Shown piece by piece: positions 48,903-62,779 of a stretch of 64,000 nt of DNA; within the stretch, counting starts at the first letter, position 1; each line of letters begins with the position of its first letter. The stretch covers positions 1-64,000 of the forward strand of contig MCFE01000016.1 of assembly GCA_002104905.1 (NCBI GenBank), given 5' to 3'. Below the pieces are notes generated by a model. It saw only the letters and a program-made list of their open reading frames with translations, was not told the DNA's origin and searched no databases. Source of the DNA: Basidiobolus meristosporus CBS 931.73. Taxonomy: Eukaryota; Fungi; Basidiobolomycota. The translations under genes were made by a program, and so were the position numbers.

Positions 48903-49990
48903 TTACCTGGGTGCAATATATGATTGCTGCTCTTGTGGTATGTTTATTGGGTTAGTGGTTACTTGTTCGGCTTCATTTAAGCAAGTTACAGCAAATGATA
49001 GTGACGTCTAAAGCAATAGTTGAATCAAGGACGGTGTAGTATTGAGTTCAAATTTTCATGAAAGCCTCACGAATACGCCCCCTTACTGAAATTGCACGTT
49101 GCTCATCTAACGCACGGGGAAGACGGTCCAAGGACTTTTCGAGCTCGGTGAAATCTCGCTCTCGACGAACAGTCCGCGGCTCTGCATCTTGGTTTAACAT
49201 ACGAGAACCTTCAAGTTTATGAATTCTGCCCAAGACCTCGTGAATAAACATCTCACGTTCTTGATTAGTAGAGAGCTGGTAACGTTGTAGACTCAAAGGT
49301 GTGTCTTTGGAGACGCTCAGTGTTGTAAGAAGCTCGTCCAATTCTTCTTCGCATACTTGTGATTGGCTTTTGAAGTCCTATCAGGAAGGAATCAGCTCCT
49401 ATATCATATACATGAATGGAATTAAAAGGTAACTTACTTGATCTTCTAGTCGGGATTTTTCCATTTTCTTGACCAAGCCACTGAGTCTAGCTAGCTCAAG
49501 GTTTTTTTCTTGATACTCGGTCATAGTGAAACGCTGTGAAGCCAAACCCTGTTGGCTATATTGTGATAACCTTTGAATAAGCTTTTGGGTACTCGAAGTT
49601 GCTCTCTGGTTGGTGTATTGTCCGCGCGATAGACGGTCTATATCTCGAGCTAAAGCAGCTGCACTCATCTTGGTCATTTGGCTTTCAGACAAGCTAGCAC
49701 ACTGGTCTTGGTATCTAGGGAAATGAGCGCTCATACGATTCACAGTAGCTATTACTTTACTAACTGAGTCGCTGTCCGCTTTGCCCTTGGAATCGACCAC
49801 TACCTCACTCGCTTCCGGATAGAGGCTGTTATAGCTTGGAGGCAAGGCACCATTTAGCTCACTATCGCTTTTTTTCGAATGCATATTTACTGTACGAGAA
49901 ATGTAGTATGCTCCGGCCAGGAAATGAATCCTTTCGTCAAAGGTAACAATGGAAGAGTCTATATTCACAATTCCGTACACTTGCTTCTGA
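48903..49990 (-). CDS. Hypothetical protein with internal 'LxxQR' repeats; 5' end not resolved
   Basis: Long minus-strand exons 49399-49980 and ~49080-49380 are joined by a GT-AG intron (GTAAGT donor after RLEDQ). A probable last exon ends IAPR* at 48903. Contains a PPSY motif. Confidence 0.65.
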
Positions 49991-52047
49991 AATAACCGGT
50001 TAAGACTCTAAGCTAGCTCAGGGAGTTATGTAAGATAGTAGAGAAGGACTGAACAAACAGAAACTGAAGCGTCCAATATAAGTGAAAATTTCGCAGAACA
50101 GAAAATCCAGTTTCAGTTAGTCTTCAAATAGCGGATTTCCTTTAAATGGCCACGGCTACAAAGCAAATATATGTTTGTGCTGTGCTCATTCAGTGGTGCA
50201 TCTATATATTATATTACCATGATCAAGTTATACAATGATCACTCAATTTTCCTTCGGCAGACTTCAGATCCATCTATGCTGGATAATGAAACTGTATTAA
50301 CATGCAACAAATCAACAGACAATGTTGATCATGATTTCACAAATCGGATAATAGGCTTGTCAAGAAGCTAAGTCTTGATCAGCACCAGTAAAGGGGGGAT
50401 GATTACACCATACACAATGGATGGAGTCACTGAAACATTCTTGATTGTTAGATGACTTAGATGTATGCCACACAAAGAAAAACAACAGATATATGCAAAG
50501 CCACCTTGAAACCATTGGAAACAGCATAATCAAGAGCACCTCCAACTCCAACGGGCTGAATGCTGGTACACTGCTCCGCAACCCTCATCCGCTGGCAAAT
50601 ATACATGCGCCAGTCTTGATGTGCTTTGTGCTTATAGGGCCCTACTCCAGCGCCCATCTACGTTCTTTTTTTGAAGCGCTTATTAGCTACGCTGAGTTTG
50701 AACGTACAGCCTACTTGCTAACCTCAACAGCACCGTCTATAGCCTGTGCCTAGATGCAGAAACACAGGGAAGCTCCTGATTGACTATTGATTTAGTTCAT
50801 ATCTATTAAGAGGGGCTACTAAAACCACTCAAACAAGCAAACATCTATGTGTAGGCGATAGCACTTATATTCCTCGCTTTGGTAGAATGTACATGTTGCA
50901 TTTTGCACAGTACGTAGCTTTACACATGATCTGACAGCATTTTCGAAGTAATCGATCAGAGCTAGATGAAATCTGCTGTAATTACATTTGACTGTTTTCT
51001 ATCACAAATATAGGTCAACCCTGTGGAGACCAGATTAAGATATTTGTGGCAAACACAATGCGATTGGCAACCACTCTTGAATCATGATGGGTGTGTACAC
51101 TTGTACCCGACGATGCTGCCTCTTATGTTATAGGAGATGATGACAACAGCTCGGTCTCCGCCACACTCTTACTTTGGCCTAAGAGTTACCTCTATTACAT
51201 CGTCTAGTTAGATGGCTACACTGATGCGATAGACATGGCCAAGACAAACTGCCACATCTGACCTAGATAGCAATATTAGCCTAATTGGCTTACGCGGTGT
51301 TGGGCCCTGGATACTATTAATGAGCGACCAAGAACAAGAATTTGATTGGACCTGATTTTAAACCCACTACCGAAATATAGAAGTTCCCCCAGCGATTGTG
51401 TAGATGAGCGGTATGCGTCATGATCTCGGGATAGCCGTCAATTTGAAATCCTGGAATTCATGAATAGAAAATATGACCGAATATCAGTTTTATGCGTAGT
51501 TAAATCTGGTGATTTATTATCATCAGTGATGTTAGACGTTGCACAGTGATATGATTCAAAGCCAAAAAATGTACACAAGTGAAGGGTGAAAGCACACTCA
51601 TTATCAATAGAAGTTGATTCATATCTCAGCATTTTTATCGATCAATGCTAAGACTTGTTGAATTTACCGGATAATTTAAGCAATCTTTGTAGTTTGAATT
51701 GTTTCGTTTATCCAACCAATCTTGATCGAAACTCTTGATTTTCATGAAATGAAGGGATAGACGTTGTTGAGGTAGTGATAGTAAATTTTGATATCATACA
51801 TAGTCAAGGGATTTATCGTTGATTTCTCTAAATCATCGGAGATTATGTCAAAGAAATTGATCGGCATGATGGAAATGTGATATAAATATTTACCGCAATA
51901 CACGCGTGACTTTTTTGATTGTTATTACATGGTTTCGCGAGTCCCATGCAATATCCTAAACCAAACATCATACGCGTGTCGGATAGTTAAGTAGTTTGTA
52001 TACTCGCCACCTCTCTTATCGCTGTTTCCATCGCTACTCACTCAATT

Positions 52048-52407
52048 ATGTCCTTTGATAGCAATCTCAAACACTCAAGTGACGAAAATTTCCGTAGAAC
52101 CTGCAAGAAAGCCATACTCCCTCAAGAAAGCGAAAGTTTCTGGAAAGAGATGGAGTCGCTCTATCAGGAAATACATATCTTGCCAGACGTAATTCCGGTT
52201 ATTCCAGAACTAACAATTACCCCGCCAACCCCCAAACTTCCTAGTCTCGAGGCTACGACAAGATTCAAGCGTTCTCGTGATGAAGATGACGGGGAAGAAA
52301 ATTGCCCAGCCCATAATGATATTTCTGTTGAGCCTATCAAAAGAAGCTGTAGAAGCAAGCGTTGGATACCTAGTGATCTTTTACGAAAGTCGAACTATGT
52401 CAACTAG
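52048..52407 (+). CDS. Small low-complexity protein (119 aa), single exon
   Basis: Uninterrupted ORF downstream of a pyrimidine-rich promoter-like tract. Contains PELTITPPTP and a bipartite basic KRSRDE..PIKRSCRSKR segment. Confidence 0.55.
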   Translation: MSFDSNLKHSSDENFRRTCKKAILPQESESFWKEMESLYQEIHILPDVIPVIPELTITPPTPKLPSLEATTRFKRSRDEDDGEENCPAHNDISVEPIKRSCRSKRWIPSDLLRKSNYVN

Positions 52408-53892
52408 AGGCTACCCTTCCCCTCAATTGGACTATTGTATCGACTCGATTACAGAGGCCGCCTGGATCTGAGCGATTTCATAATTGTACAATAGTTAGTA
52501 TATAATCCATTAGTCACATACTTTTTTCGAGAACCATTAGTATATTTTAAAAGGTTTTTACAGTACAGCACACATGCACCCGAAGTATTGATGGTGTTAC
52601 AGCTAATAAAGTTCTTGAACTCTTGAAGTAATTATTGATGAATTCATGTTTAGACCAGTCATGGCGATAAGAGGTGTGCCTGATCTTGACATGAACGTTG
52701 TGTGTCCTAAAAGACTATCTGAGACCGTTGCTCAGCAGCCAGTAATATTTGTAAATATTTCGATCATTGCTTGAATGGCAATTGTGTTGGAGAGGTGCTA
52801 GAGGCTATCAAGATACCGATGATTAGGATTTGCACTGGCAAGTTTATGATATCATCGATAGAGTTGCAAATCCTGTAACTCTCCTTACGTTTCCAGCTCA
52901 CTACTTGGAAACTCTATTTTGTTCAATGGCGTTTTCTAACGAACCAAAGTTCAGGATGGTGAGCAATTGCTTCCAAGAGGGTGCGGAATATTCTTCAGAA
53001 TAATGTATCATGAAGATGTGTAAAGATATTGATCTTCTGGAGTCATTGTCAAGCAGAGCCAATATATACCAAGTGCCAAATTAAATTGATAACACGAATA
53101 TTTCTGATTCGTTACGATCATTTGCAAGTTTTAGATAAACAAGAGAGATGTTTATCTAAAATTAAGCTTATTCTCTGAATTTGAAAAGATATCTTTAGAA
53201 CGCATATAGTAGCTATTCTGCATGACGAGGTTCAAGTAAATTGTGGCTTTGGGCCATGTGCGATGACTGAGAGGCGGGGTAAAGAAGCGGGGGGTCTGTC
53301 ACCCACTAAGCGAAGGCCAGGTAGGCAGGTCTGCGCCGGGTATGTGTGGTTCAATTGGACCAAGGTATCCCGATAAAAATGTTTAGAAATCCACCGATGA
53401 AAGTAAACGTTTGAGAGGTTTTAAATAAAGTGTAAAGAGTGAAAGTGAATGATGTCATAGAGGGATTGCCGGTGAGAGTGCCATTCCAATTGGAAACGTA
53501 AAGTGGATAGGGAATATAAAAGATATTGAGGCCGTATGAGAGATGTTGTAGATCACTACTCTAATCTGCTTCCAGAGATTTGCTCTTTGAAAATCCTACG
53601 CCATCCGCTTATTACGGTTTTCTGAAACAGATCGATTTGCATATAGATTGTATGCTTATTTCGCACTGGGTTACGCTTGCAGCTTGATACAATCTTATAA
53701 CAGAGTAAAGGCTTTGTTTCATCTGGACCCCTATATAATTACTTCAAAAGGTGAATATCACAGAAGCGATTTGCAATACGAAGTTTGAGGAATAAGTACT
53801 ATCCCTTCTTCCCGCTCTTCCTATCGTTTCTGGATTGAGTTCAAATCAATACTCACCTTGGCAAATGTCATATATATGATATAGTGTAAACA

Positions 53893-56214
53893 ATGTCGAT
53901 GAGTACCACTTCCAGTACTAGCCAGAACTCCAAGATCTTTTCCAAGATCCCACTAAGGAGAGTTACTACACAGTTCAAGAATGCTCTCCCGATTCTGCAG
54001 TGGCTACCCAAATACAATAGATCATGGCTGGTTGGTGATCTCATTTCCGGCATAGCAGTCGGGGTAGCAGTTTTGCCCCAAGTGAGTATCTATGGAATAT
54101 TGATTGTTTTTCAACCCACTGACCACCAAAAATCTTGCAGAGTTTAGCGATTGCTCAAGTAGCCGGAATCCCGGTACAGCATGGGCTCTATTCCTCAACG
54201 TTCGGAACTATGGTTTATTCTATATTCGGGACATCGAAGGACGCTCTCATTGGGCCTACTTCAGTAGGTTCGCTTCTGACCAGGCAGACAGTCAACGAAA
54301 TAACGAACTATCCCGATAACTTCTATACGCCAACTGAAATCGCTATTGCAGCTGGATTCCTTAGCAGCTTTATCATCATGGGATTAGGCGTCTTCCGCTT
54401 AGGGATTGTGTTGAGTTTCATATCGGCCCCAGTTATTGCTGGATATACATCGGGTGCAGCATTGTATACATTTTTTCTACAGGTAAAGGATCATAGGGAG
54501 CCCCTTCCTAAACCTTGAAACTAAAATCGAATCCTAGCTTCCATCAATGTTGGGTATTGATGTTGAAATTCACCATCTACCTCCGTATGAGAAAATTGCA
54601 ACAGTATTGAGTTCCATTCCGAAGGCTCGACTGGTGGATGCAATGGTTGGAGTTGCATCCAGCATCTTTCTTTTCGGGATGTCCCAAGTCTATCAAAGGT
54701 TTCATACACGCTCCGCCTGGGCCAAGTATTTAGGGATGGGCCGCAACACATTATTAATAATTATCGTTACATTATTATTTTTCATGATACATACTTTCAC
54801 TGGCTCCATACCTGTTACTGTTGTTGACAAAATTCCGAACGGTCTACCACCACCCAAGGCGCCTTCATTCGATCTGGGGCTCTACGCCAAATTATTCGCC
54901 TCAGTGATGGTAATGAGCTTGCTAGCGGTGATGGAGCACATTGGAATGTGCAAAACCCTCGGTGCGAAATTCCCTATTCTTTGTCATGCTTGTTAGATCC
55001 ATATTAACCTGGAAATTATGTGAAGGGCCCAAAAATGGCTATACAGCTGATGGAAACCAAGAATTTATTGCCTTAGGCTTCAGCAATTTTTTGGGCTCAT
55101 TCTTCAATGGCTACATCACGTCCAGCGGACTGACCAGAGCCATGATTAGTTCTCAATCGGGTTCGAAGACTCCGCTGATGAGTACTTTTGCTGCACTGAT
55201 CGTAATAGGAGGATCATACATTCTACCTCCGGCATTCAAGTTTACTCCCAATGCCACTATTTCCGCAATTATTGGCGTGAACATATTGGAAGCATTCAAG
55301 GGGCCGAAGGTCTATCGCGAATTCTGGAGGATACAGAGTAAGTGCTATCGCTAAATCTCAAGGCAATCGCGAGAACTTTACTCATAGCACCACTATATTC
55401 CGAATAGAAACTGATTGTATAGCGTCGTTGCTGGCCTTAGTCATCACAGTATGCTTCGGAATGAAGGTAATATCCACTGCGACATCAATACATACCACCC
55501 AATTAAACGAAGCTATTTGCATTGTAGATCGGCATAATCATACCAGCCACGTTTACAATAGTGGCCATGATGTTGCGTATAGCTCGCCCAAAGTGGGAAA
55601 CAATGAGTCACCCAGAAAAAGACGCATTGACCGAGACGCATGACACTGGGATTGAAAGCCCACCCCCGGGGGTGATTATCTTCAAATGGAGAGAGTCTAT
55701 CTTGTTTACAAATGCGGAATATTTCAAGGATAAACTACGCAAGGTTGCCTACGAGAGCACGCGCCCCTTCAATCTGGTGGATCCAGAGGATAGAAGTTGG
55801 TCGGAGTATGTGGGTAAAAGGGCTGTGCTGAACCGTGTGAACAGGAGCCAAATGCCAACTCTTTGTGGGGTTGTTCTAGACCTCTCCGCAGTCAATCGAA
55901 TCGATTTCTCCGGAGTCAAGTCCCTGATCGACTTGAAGTTGGAATTTTCAACTTACGCAGGTAGAGAAGTGGCTTCGGAGTTTCCGTTCTACTTTGTCAA
56001 TACAAATAGGGAGATTTCAAAGGCGCTTTCCACCTCGATGATTCTATGCCCGCCGGATCTGGTCCTCATCCAAGAAGATCTAAGAAATGACAAAGAAGTC
56101 GAGCAAGAGTTTCAGACTCTGAAGCCGAATACAACACTGTTTACAAATCTGTTGGATCCTATAGCCACATTACATCAAGAGAGGAGTGATGTAGCTTCGC
56201 CTAGAAATCACTGA
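53893..56214 (+). CDS. SulP/SLC26 anion (sulfate) permease with STAS domain
   Basis: PILQWLPKYNRSWLVGDLISGIAVG..PQ|SLAIAQVAGIPVQHGLYSS..FGTSKD..IGPTS, DGNQEFIALG, SQSGSKTPL. STAS motifs PPPGVIIFK and VVLDLSAVNRIDFSGV. Confidence 0.93.
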
Positions 56215-57036
56215 CATATTGTTAATATCTTATATGGTAGCTGATGTTTGTATATCACCAATGATGCTAACATCTAGAATTCCATACGGATTCCATTTAG
56301 ATGTACAATCACCTCTGAAAGCTGCTGGTTATCGTTGGGTCAGTTTTCTGCATTGGTTGTGTAAGAGGTTTGTCCCTAGCATATGAGATTCGAGCTGATT
56401 TTCACTCGTTATCTTTCAACTATTGTATTATTACAAAATCGAATAAAATACTCATCAATTGAATTCGCTCGTAATTTACCAACGAATGATCAGCAGCCTA
56501 GTTGAAGTTTGCAAGAACCTTCTGTGGAGGAATTCTACTCCAGCTGCCCACTGTAAACTGACGTCAATTCCAAAATTCGTAAAGTTGGTTGATTTTGAAA
56601 TAGAACATACCTGTGTTACATTCTATTGACTCTACCGCAATTTCCCATCTATATGAAACACTTCTTTACATCCTACACACACGAAACAGGCAAGCGTATA
56701 ACCGTCAAGGTATACCTCGACTTGACCGTCCTTCATATAGACATCAATCCTCTGCCAAGATCATCAGGAGTGATAGAGTTGTCACAAAACTACCATATAA
56801 AGTAAACGGGGTGTCCCAGGCATGAGACTGTCCACTACATCCATCAACCCAGCCCATATATAGAACTACCGTCTTTCAGTGAAGCCCATTGTGATGCAAC
56901 GGATGCATAACGTTCTTCTGCTTTTAATTGGCCGAAGGTGCGGTCTCTCACTCTCTCTCCAGAGATAAATACTGTACTGTTCAGTAACTAATAAGCATAA
57001 CTCCTCCATTCTTCAGAGCCTTTTCATAGTCGGATC

Positions 57037-59145
57037 ATGAAGCCACATATATCTGGAAGCTCTAAATCTCACGGAAGATATTCTCAGCGCATAAGAGAAG
57101 GTGCTCATACACATGGCCAAACAGGAAATCCACCTTCAATTTCTCCAACTGTCAATGACCGGAACCCCTATTGCCTTAACTATGGCCAAGAAATTAAAAA
57201 TTATGGCAGTATAGAAGATGTGCCCACAGAAAAGGAATTAAATCGTTTTTCAAGTATGAACCAGAGTGCAAACAACCACCGATTGACGCGATCACATAGA
57301 CAGGATACCAAAGATATGGGGTTTGGTTTAGGAGAAAGAGCAACATGCCCCGATTACATACTTGAACCTGCCCAGGAAAGTTTAGATCAACCTCTTCTTA
57401 GTATTAAAGAAGAGGGGATTGAATTGGTAAAGATGGCTATGCCCTTGGTAGTATCTTACCTGTTGCAATACGTTATCAACCTGGCTGGTATAGTCATACT
57501 CGGCAGAATGGGTGCAGAAGGTAGATTCAAAGTATTATACGTTGTATTCGAGACAGTTGTTATTTAACATTTTTCAGAACTTGGTGCAGCTACACTGGCT
57601 AGTATGTTCTCTACGTTAACCGCATTTAGCCCCGGGATTGGTCTGGCTACCGCTCTGGATACATTATGCAGTCAAGCATACACTGGTGCGCACGATGTAA
57701 CAATCATTGGCGTTTACTTGCAACGGGCCATCTTATTTATGAGTGCATTATGGGGAGGACTTGGACTTGTCTGGTTCAATGCAGAGTGGATTTTCGTAAA
57801 TATCATGCGTCAAGATCCACATCTGGCTAGATTAGCCTCCATTTACCTTCAGTGGCTCTGGCCTGGGATGCTGCCTGTTTTACTATTCGAAAGTATAAAG
57901 CGCTATTTGCAGGCTCAAGGTAAGTGTATTTTGGCTAATACTCCCCCATCACAATATTTCTTACCACCGTTTCGCTCGGATCACCAGGAATTATGAATGC
58001 CAGCACCATTATCCTTGGTCTAGTAACACCATTCACATTTCTACTTACCTATCTTCTGGTATTTTGGCCACCCACAGCGATTGGATTCATAGGAGCTCCC
58101 ATTGCTTATTCCATATCCTATACGATTGTGTTGTTAATGATTATCGGTTACGTTCGATTTGTGGATGGTAGTGAGGCCTGGGGAGGGTGGTCCCGTAAAT
58201 GCCTTGAAGGATGGGGTACTTTTGCTCGGTTGGGTAAGCATCAACATTTACACGGCTTGTTTTGACTTCAGCATCGTGACATTCGGATTCTTTGCTTTAT
58301 ATAGCACTGCCAAGTGTAATAGTGATCTCTGCCGAGTTTTGCGCCTGGGAACTAGTAACACTTGCAACCACTTTTTTCGGAATCACTGCTCTTGCCGCAC
58401 AGTCAGTGCTAATTACTACTGACGCATGTCTCTACCAAATCACTCTTGGTACGCTCTCAAACGCTTACTTGCTTAATGAATTTCTATTCACAATTTCTCC
58501 AATGCAGGTTGGGGAGTCGCCTCCAGTATACGAGTAGGCCATTATCTCGGAGGAAACCTACCTCTTCACGCGAAACGTGCAGCCTACGCCGCCACTTATA
58601 TTAGCCTTTTGATGGGATCATTCAATGCCATTATACTGATTGTATTCAAAAGCCACTGGGCTTACATATTTATTAATGACGTTGATGTTATCAAACTGGT
58701 GGCTACTATTACACCAATTCTTGCTGTTTGTCAGGTAATGTAGATTACAGCACAAACCTCAACTATCTTTCCAAACAAATTAACCTCTTCCTGATTGAAT
58801 TAGATGTGCGACGTGGTTGGAAATGTTTCCGGAGGTATTTTACGAGGCCAAGGCCGACCTTCTATAGGGGCTTTTTTCAACCTTGTGGGGTATTACGTTA
58901 TCGCCGCACCTCTTGGTGGAATTCTAGCTTTCAAGTTCAACATGGGTCTTCAAGGGCTTTGGTTGTCTCTAAGCGTAGCACTGATTGTGTTGACACTTGG
59001 CCAATGTATAATCGGTGTTTATATGGCTGACTGGGATTTGATTGCTGTAGCTAGCCGAAGGCAGTTTATCCAGCGTGAAGGTGATGATGCCGATAATGGA
59101 CCTTTGGTGCCTCAACCAACCAAGGAGACGATTTCGCCAGATTGA
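57037..59145 (+). CDS. MATE-family efflux transporter
   Basis: LVKMAMPLVVSYLLQ, |ELGAATLASM, GIGLATALDTLCSQAYTGA, GVYLQRA, FESIKRYLQAQG, IGFIGAPIA, AEFCAWELVTL, RVGHYLGG, GGILRGQGRPSIGAFFNLVGYYVIAAPLG. Confidence 0.93.
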
Positions 59146-59736
59146 AGAAAATGCTCATAACGATTCGTCATTACAATGTATACAGTGTACAAATATCTAT
59201 TTGAAGATGCATTGATTTTACTTTTCCTTTGAATTGAATATTCGGCATGTAAATTAATAAAGCTTCAATGTGGCAGCAGTCGAGTTCTTGTACCCTGCGT
59301 CCCCAAGGCCATTCAATACTGTAGGATGAAAAAAACGGACGCATTTGTGGTTACTAACTTCCACATAGTATTCTCCATAATCGCTATACCGACATGTGTC
59401 TTTAAAAACCTCAGAAGACCCCATAACCATTTGCTCGTGACATTTAACCAGTATCAAACCCTAGATTTATTTGGGTATTGTAATCTCGAAGCTGGATGAG
59501 CATTTGGTTTATAGAAATGCTTACTTGGCTGCGAAATAGTACCAATAAATTAGGGAACAAAGGGTGATACGACGTGGTTTAGTTAGAAATGGAAAGGGAT
59601 GGTTGACATCTAATTAATTCTCAATCAACGACTAAATGTTCTAGCATACGTCGAATAAACCAGAGTTGAGTACCGAGGAAATTAACATCGGTATACAAGA
59701 CAAGTAGTCAAAGAGGAATTTGATATCCTCGGATGA

Positions 59737-61496
59737 TCAAGAAAATGCCCTCAATCCTCCATTAAACCCTGAACCAGACCTACCATCATGTTCGTGTTGG
59801 GGGCTTTGCTGAGGATACCCATTGTTGTTAATTCTACCCTGCTGAAGTTGGTATTGAGTTGGGGCTTGGGGATACTGCAGCTGCTGCTGAAATTGCGGAT
59901 GTTGTGGAGGATGTTGTTGATAGGCATGGGGTGGGAGCTGTTGGTGTTGAAAGGGATGTTGCGGTTGTTGGAATACTGGGTTTTGAGTGGGTTGGGGCTG
60001 GGGCTGTGGTTGTTGCGATTGCTGAGCTTGTTGGGCTTCAGGGGTATCCTCAAGAGCACTAGGGGCAACATACAAGCGTTTATCAATGACCGGTGGAATA
60101 GGTTGGATTTCAGTACCAAGCTCTTGCTCTATCTTGTAAAGGTTGAAACGATCCTCATAAGTAATGAGGTTGATAGCTATTCCAAGGTGTCCAAAACGCC
60201 CACTACGCCCAATGCGATGAAGATAAGTCTCCGCATTCTTGGGAAAATCGAAATTGACAACAACATTCACAGCTTGAATATCGATACCACGAGTAAGAAG
60301 ATCAGAACACACAAGATTACGGCATACGCCGTTGCGGAAGTCATGGAACACCCTGTTGCGATGGCTCTGCAACATCCTGGCGTGACTGTAGAAACAAGAG
60401 TAGCCGAGCTGAGTGATCTTTTTGGCAAGAAGTTCGACACGGTTGGTAGAGTTGCAGAAAATGATTGATTGATTAATCTGAAGTTTTGAGAACAACGTAT
60501 TTAAACAGTGGACTTTTTGACGCTCCTCCACAAATGCGTAATATTGAGTTACGCCACGTAGAGTTAACTCGTCCATGAGGTTAATCTCATACGGCTTGGT
60601 CATATGGCGATCCTGAGAGAAGTGTGGTTAAAACTATGCTCCGAAAAGGCCTATGCTTAGGTGATATTTACCTTGAAATGCTTAACAATGATTGGGAATG
60701 TAGCACTAAACAACATAATTTGACGATCCTTGGGAAAGAACGTAAGCAGCTGCTCGACCACAGGCGAAAACTCAGGGCTTAATAGCTTATCAGCTTCATC
60801 CATAACAAAGGTAGGGCATTCACTAAAGTCAGCAACACCTTTCCCGGCTAAATCCAGGATACGCCCGGGAGTGCCAACCAATACATGGACTGTTTCTTGA
60901 AGTCTCATGATATCATCTTTCAATGTGGTCCCACCAGTGGTAACCATGACCTGAATATCCATATGCTTGCCAAGGGTTTTACAAACTTGAGAAGTTTGCA
61001 GAGCCAATTCTCTTGTAGGAACTAGTAATAGCGCCTGAATCTTTGGTATTTTGATGTTCACCTTCTCTAGAGATGGAATCACAAATGCAGCAGTTTTTCC
61101 TGTTCCGTTCTTGGCCCTAGCTAGAATATCCCTTCCTGTAAGGGCAATAGGAATAGCCTCCTCTTGAATAGGTGAAGGACGCTCAAATCCGGCCTCGAAG
61201 ATTCCCATTAATAGTTCGCGTTTTAAGAAATAATCTTCAAACTCGTTTCCTTTGGTAGCTGTGACATCCTAGATTACCCTCATTCAGACAACGATAACCA
61301 GATAACAATATTCTTTCTATTAAATACCTCGGTTTGCGGGCGATTGTCTTTTGGAGGAAGCGCTAGAGATTTCTTCCAATTATCATTGTCATGACTAAAA
61401 CATAACGAAAGAGCCAAATCAATAAGATATACATATTGTTGCGTGAGTTATTACTTACGAAGGGTAATGGCCGTTGAGGTTATTTTGGGAGGACAT
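59737..61496 (-). CDS. DHH1: DEAD-box RNA helicase Dhh1/DDX6
   Basis: [17 protein letters not shown]|[96 protein letters not shown]. Gln/Pro-rich tail. Confidence 0.97.
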
Positions 61497-62779
61497 GGGA
61501 ATTATTGATTTAGCGAAAATAGAATCGTGTCGCTGGCAGGTTTTTTAGTTGAGTAACTTTTGGAGTTTAGGTACGGTGCAGTCTAAAATAGCTTGCAGGA
61601 GAATTGCAGATTTGCCAACGATAAATTTTCTTTGTACAAAATAACTACTTTTCATAAATGACATCATATTAATATCTGTTTAAAGCTTGCAACAATGTAC
61701 ACTACGATGTACTCACATCTGAACGGTGTTGTCCACAAACTTCAAGGGAAGTGCAAAGTGAGTGAATATAGAACAGTCAAACGGTGTCAAAGAAAATGTA
61801 TACGAGTTTTTAGAAATAGGTGAGCTCGAGTCACGAAAAATACGAGGAAATGAGCAAAGGAGATCTCTTTATCGTTTACAACTCGGGGAATTAAGCAGAA
61901 GAAATGCCAGGATATATCATGTGAATATAGCAGGACACATCTCCTTCGAGATTATTCGATACCCCTGTTATGATTATGAGTGAGGATAATACCTTTCAGT
62001 ATAGATTTGTTAATTAGGCTGCTTCGCTACTGGATGTACTATTGCATATTCAAATCACTCATTCCATATCATATTGACCCTTCAAAACTGGGTACCTCTG
62101 TACCCCAAAAATGGCTTTAAATCAATTTCATTCGAAGAAACACTATTACGATATTCCTTTCCCAACCACCAATGAGAGACCCTTTATCCAAATGGAGAAT
62201 TTGGAGAATTGGCATCATTAAAGAGCGTGACGTAACCTTCCATCAGTTGAAGTTTGTTCATCTCAAACTTGCTGGGAACAGTCGAAAGCACAAACCAACA
62301 TTATTTGCTCACAAATGATCTGCTACTCAGTCACAACGAAAGCAACAAGAAATCATGTGGGGATATGACTTATCTCTGGGATATCTTGTATAACTGCGCT
62401 TTATTTCTGAAACTCTAGTAAGGAACCGAAAACTAGTCACGGCTCAAAAAACGTTAAAACCATATCGATTGAGAGGCACAGGCCAAAAGTCAGCATAATG
62501 GTGCAAATGGTATGATCTTGGTTCACTCGAATGGGCTATGGCAGTTAAAACTAAAGTACATAAAGAATTAAAGAAATTTACCAAAAGACCAGATGAAATT
62601 GATGCTTGTATATTGAGTAGATGTGAATATTGGATATGATGGCGTTGGTAACATCCTACGCGTCGTGGTTGTTGGACACGAACGAGCGTTCAGATACCAA
62701 ATGATGATTTCGTGCTTGAAATGTAGTCATGATACAACTGTAGACATGTATCCCGCATATGCCATGCTTTTTTGGTGCT

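Noticed and set aside
50100-50760. Short ORFs on both strands upstream of the LxxQR-repeat gene
   Set aside because: They may hold its 5' exons, but I could not build a phase-consistent model.
59751-60468. Overlapping ORFs 59788-60468 (+), 59859-60062 (+) and 59751-60119 (-)
   Set aside because: Antisense or alternative-frame shadows of DHH1 and its Gln-rich tail.
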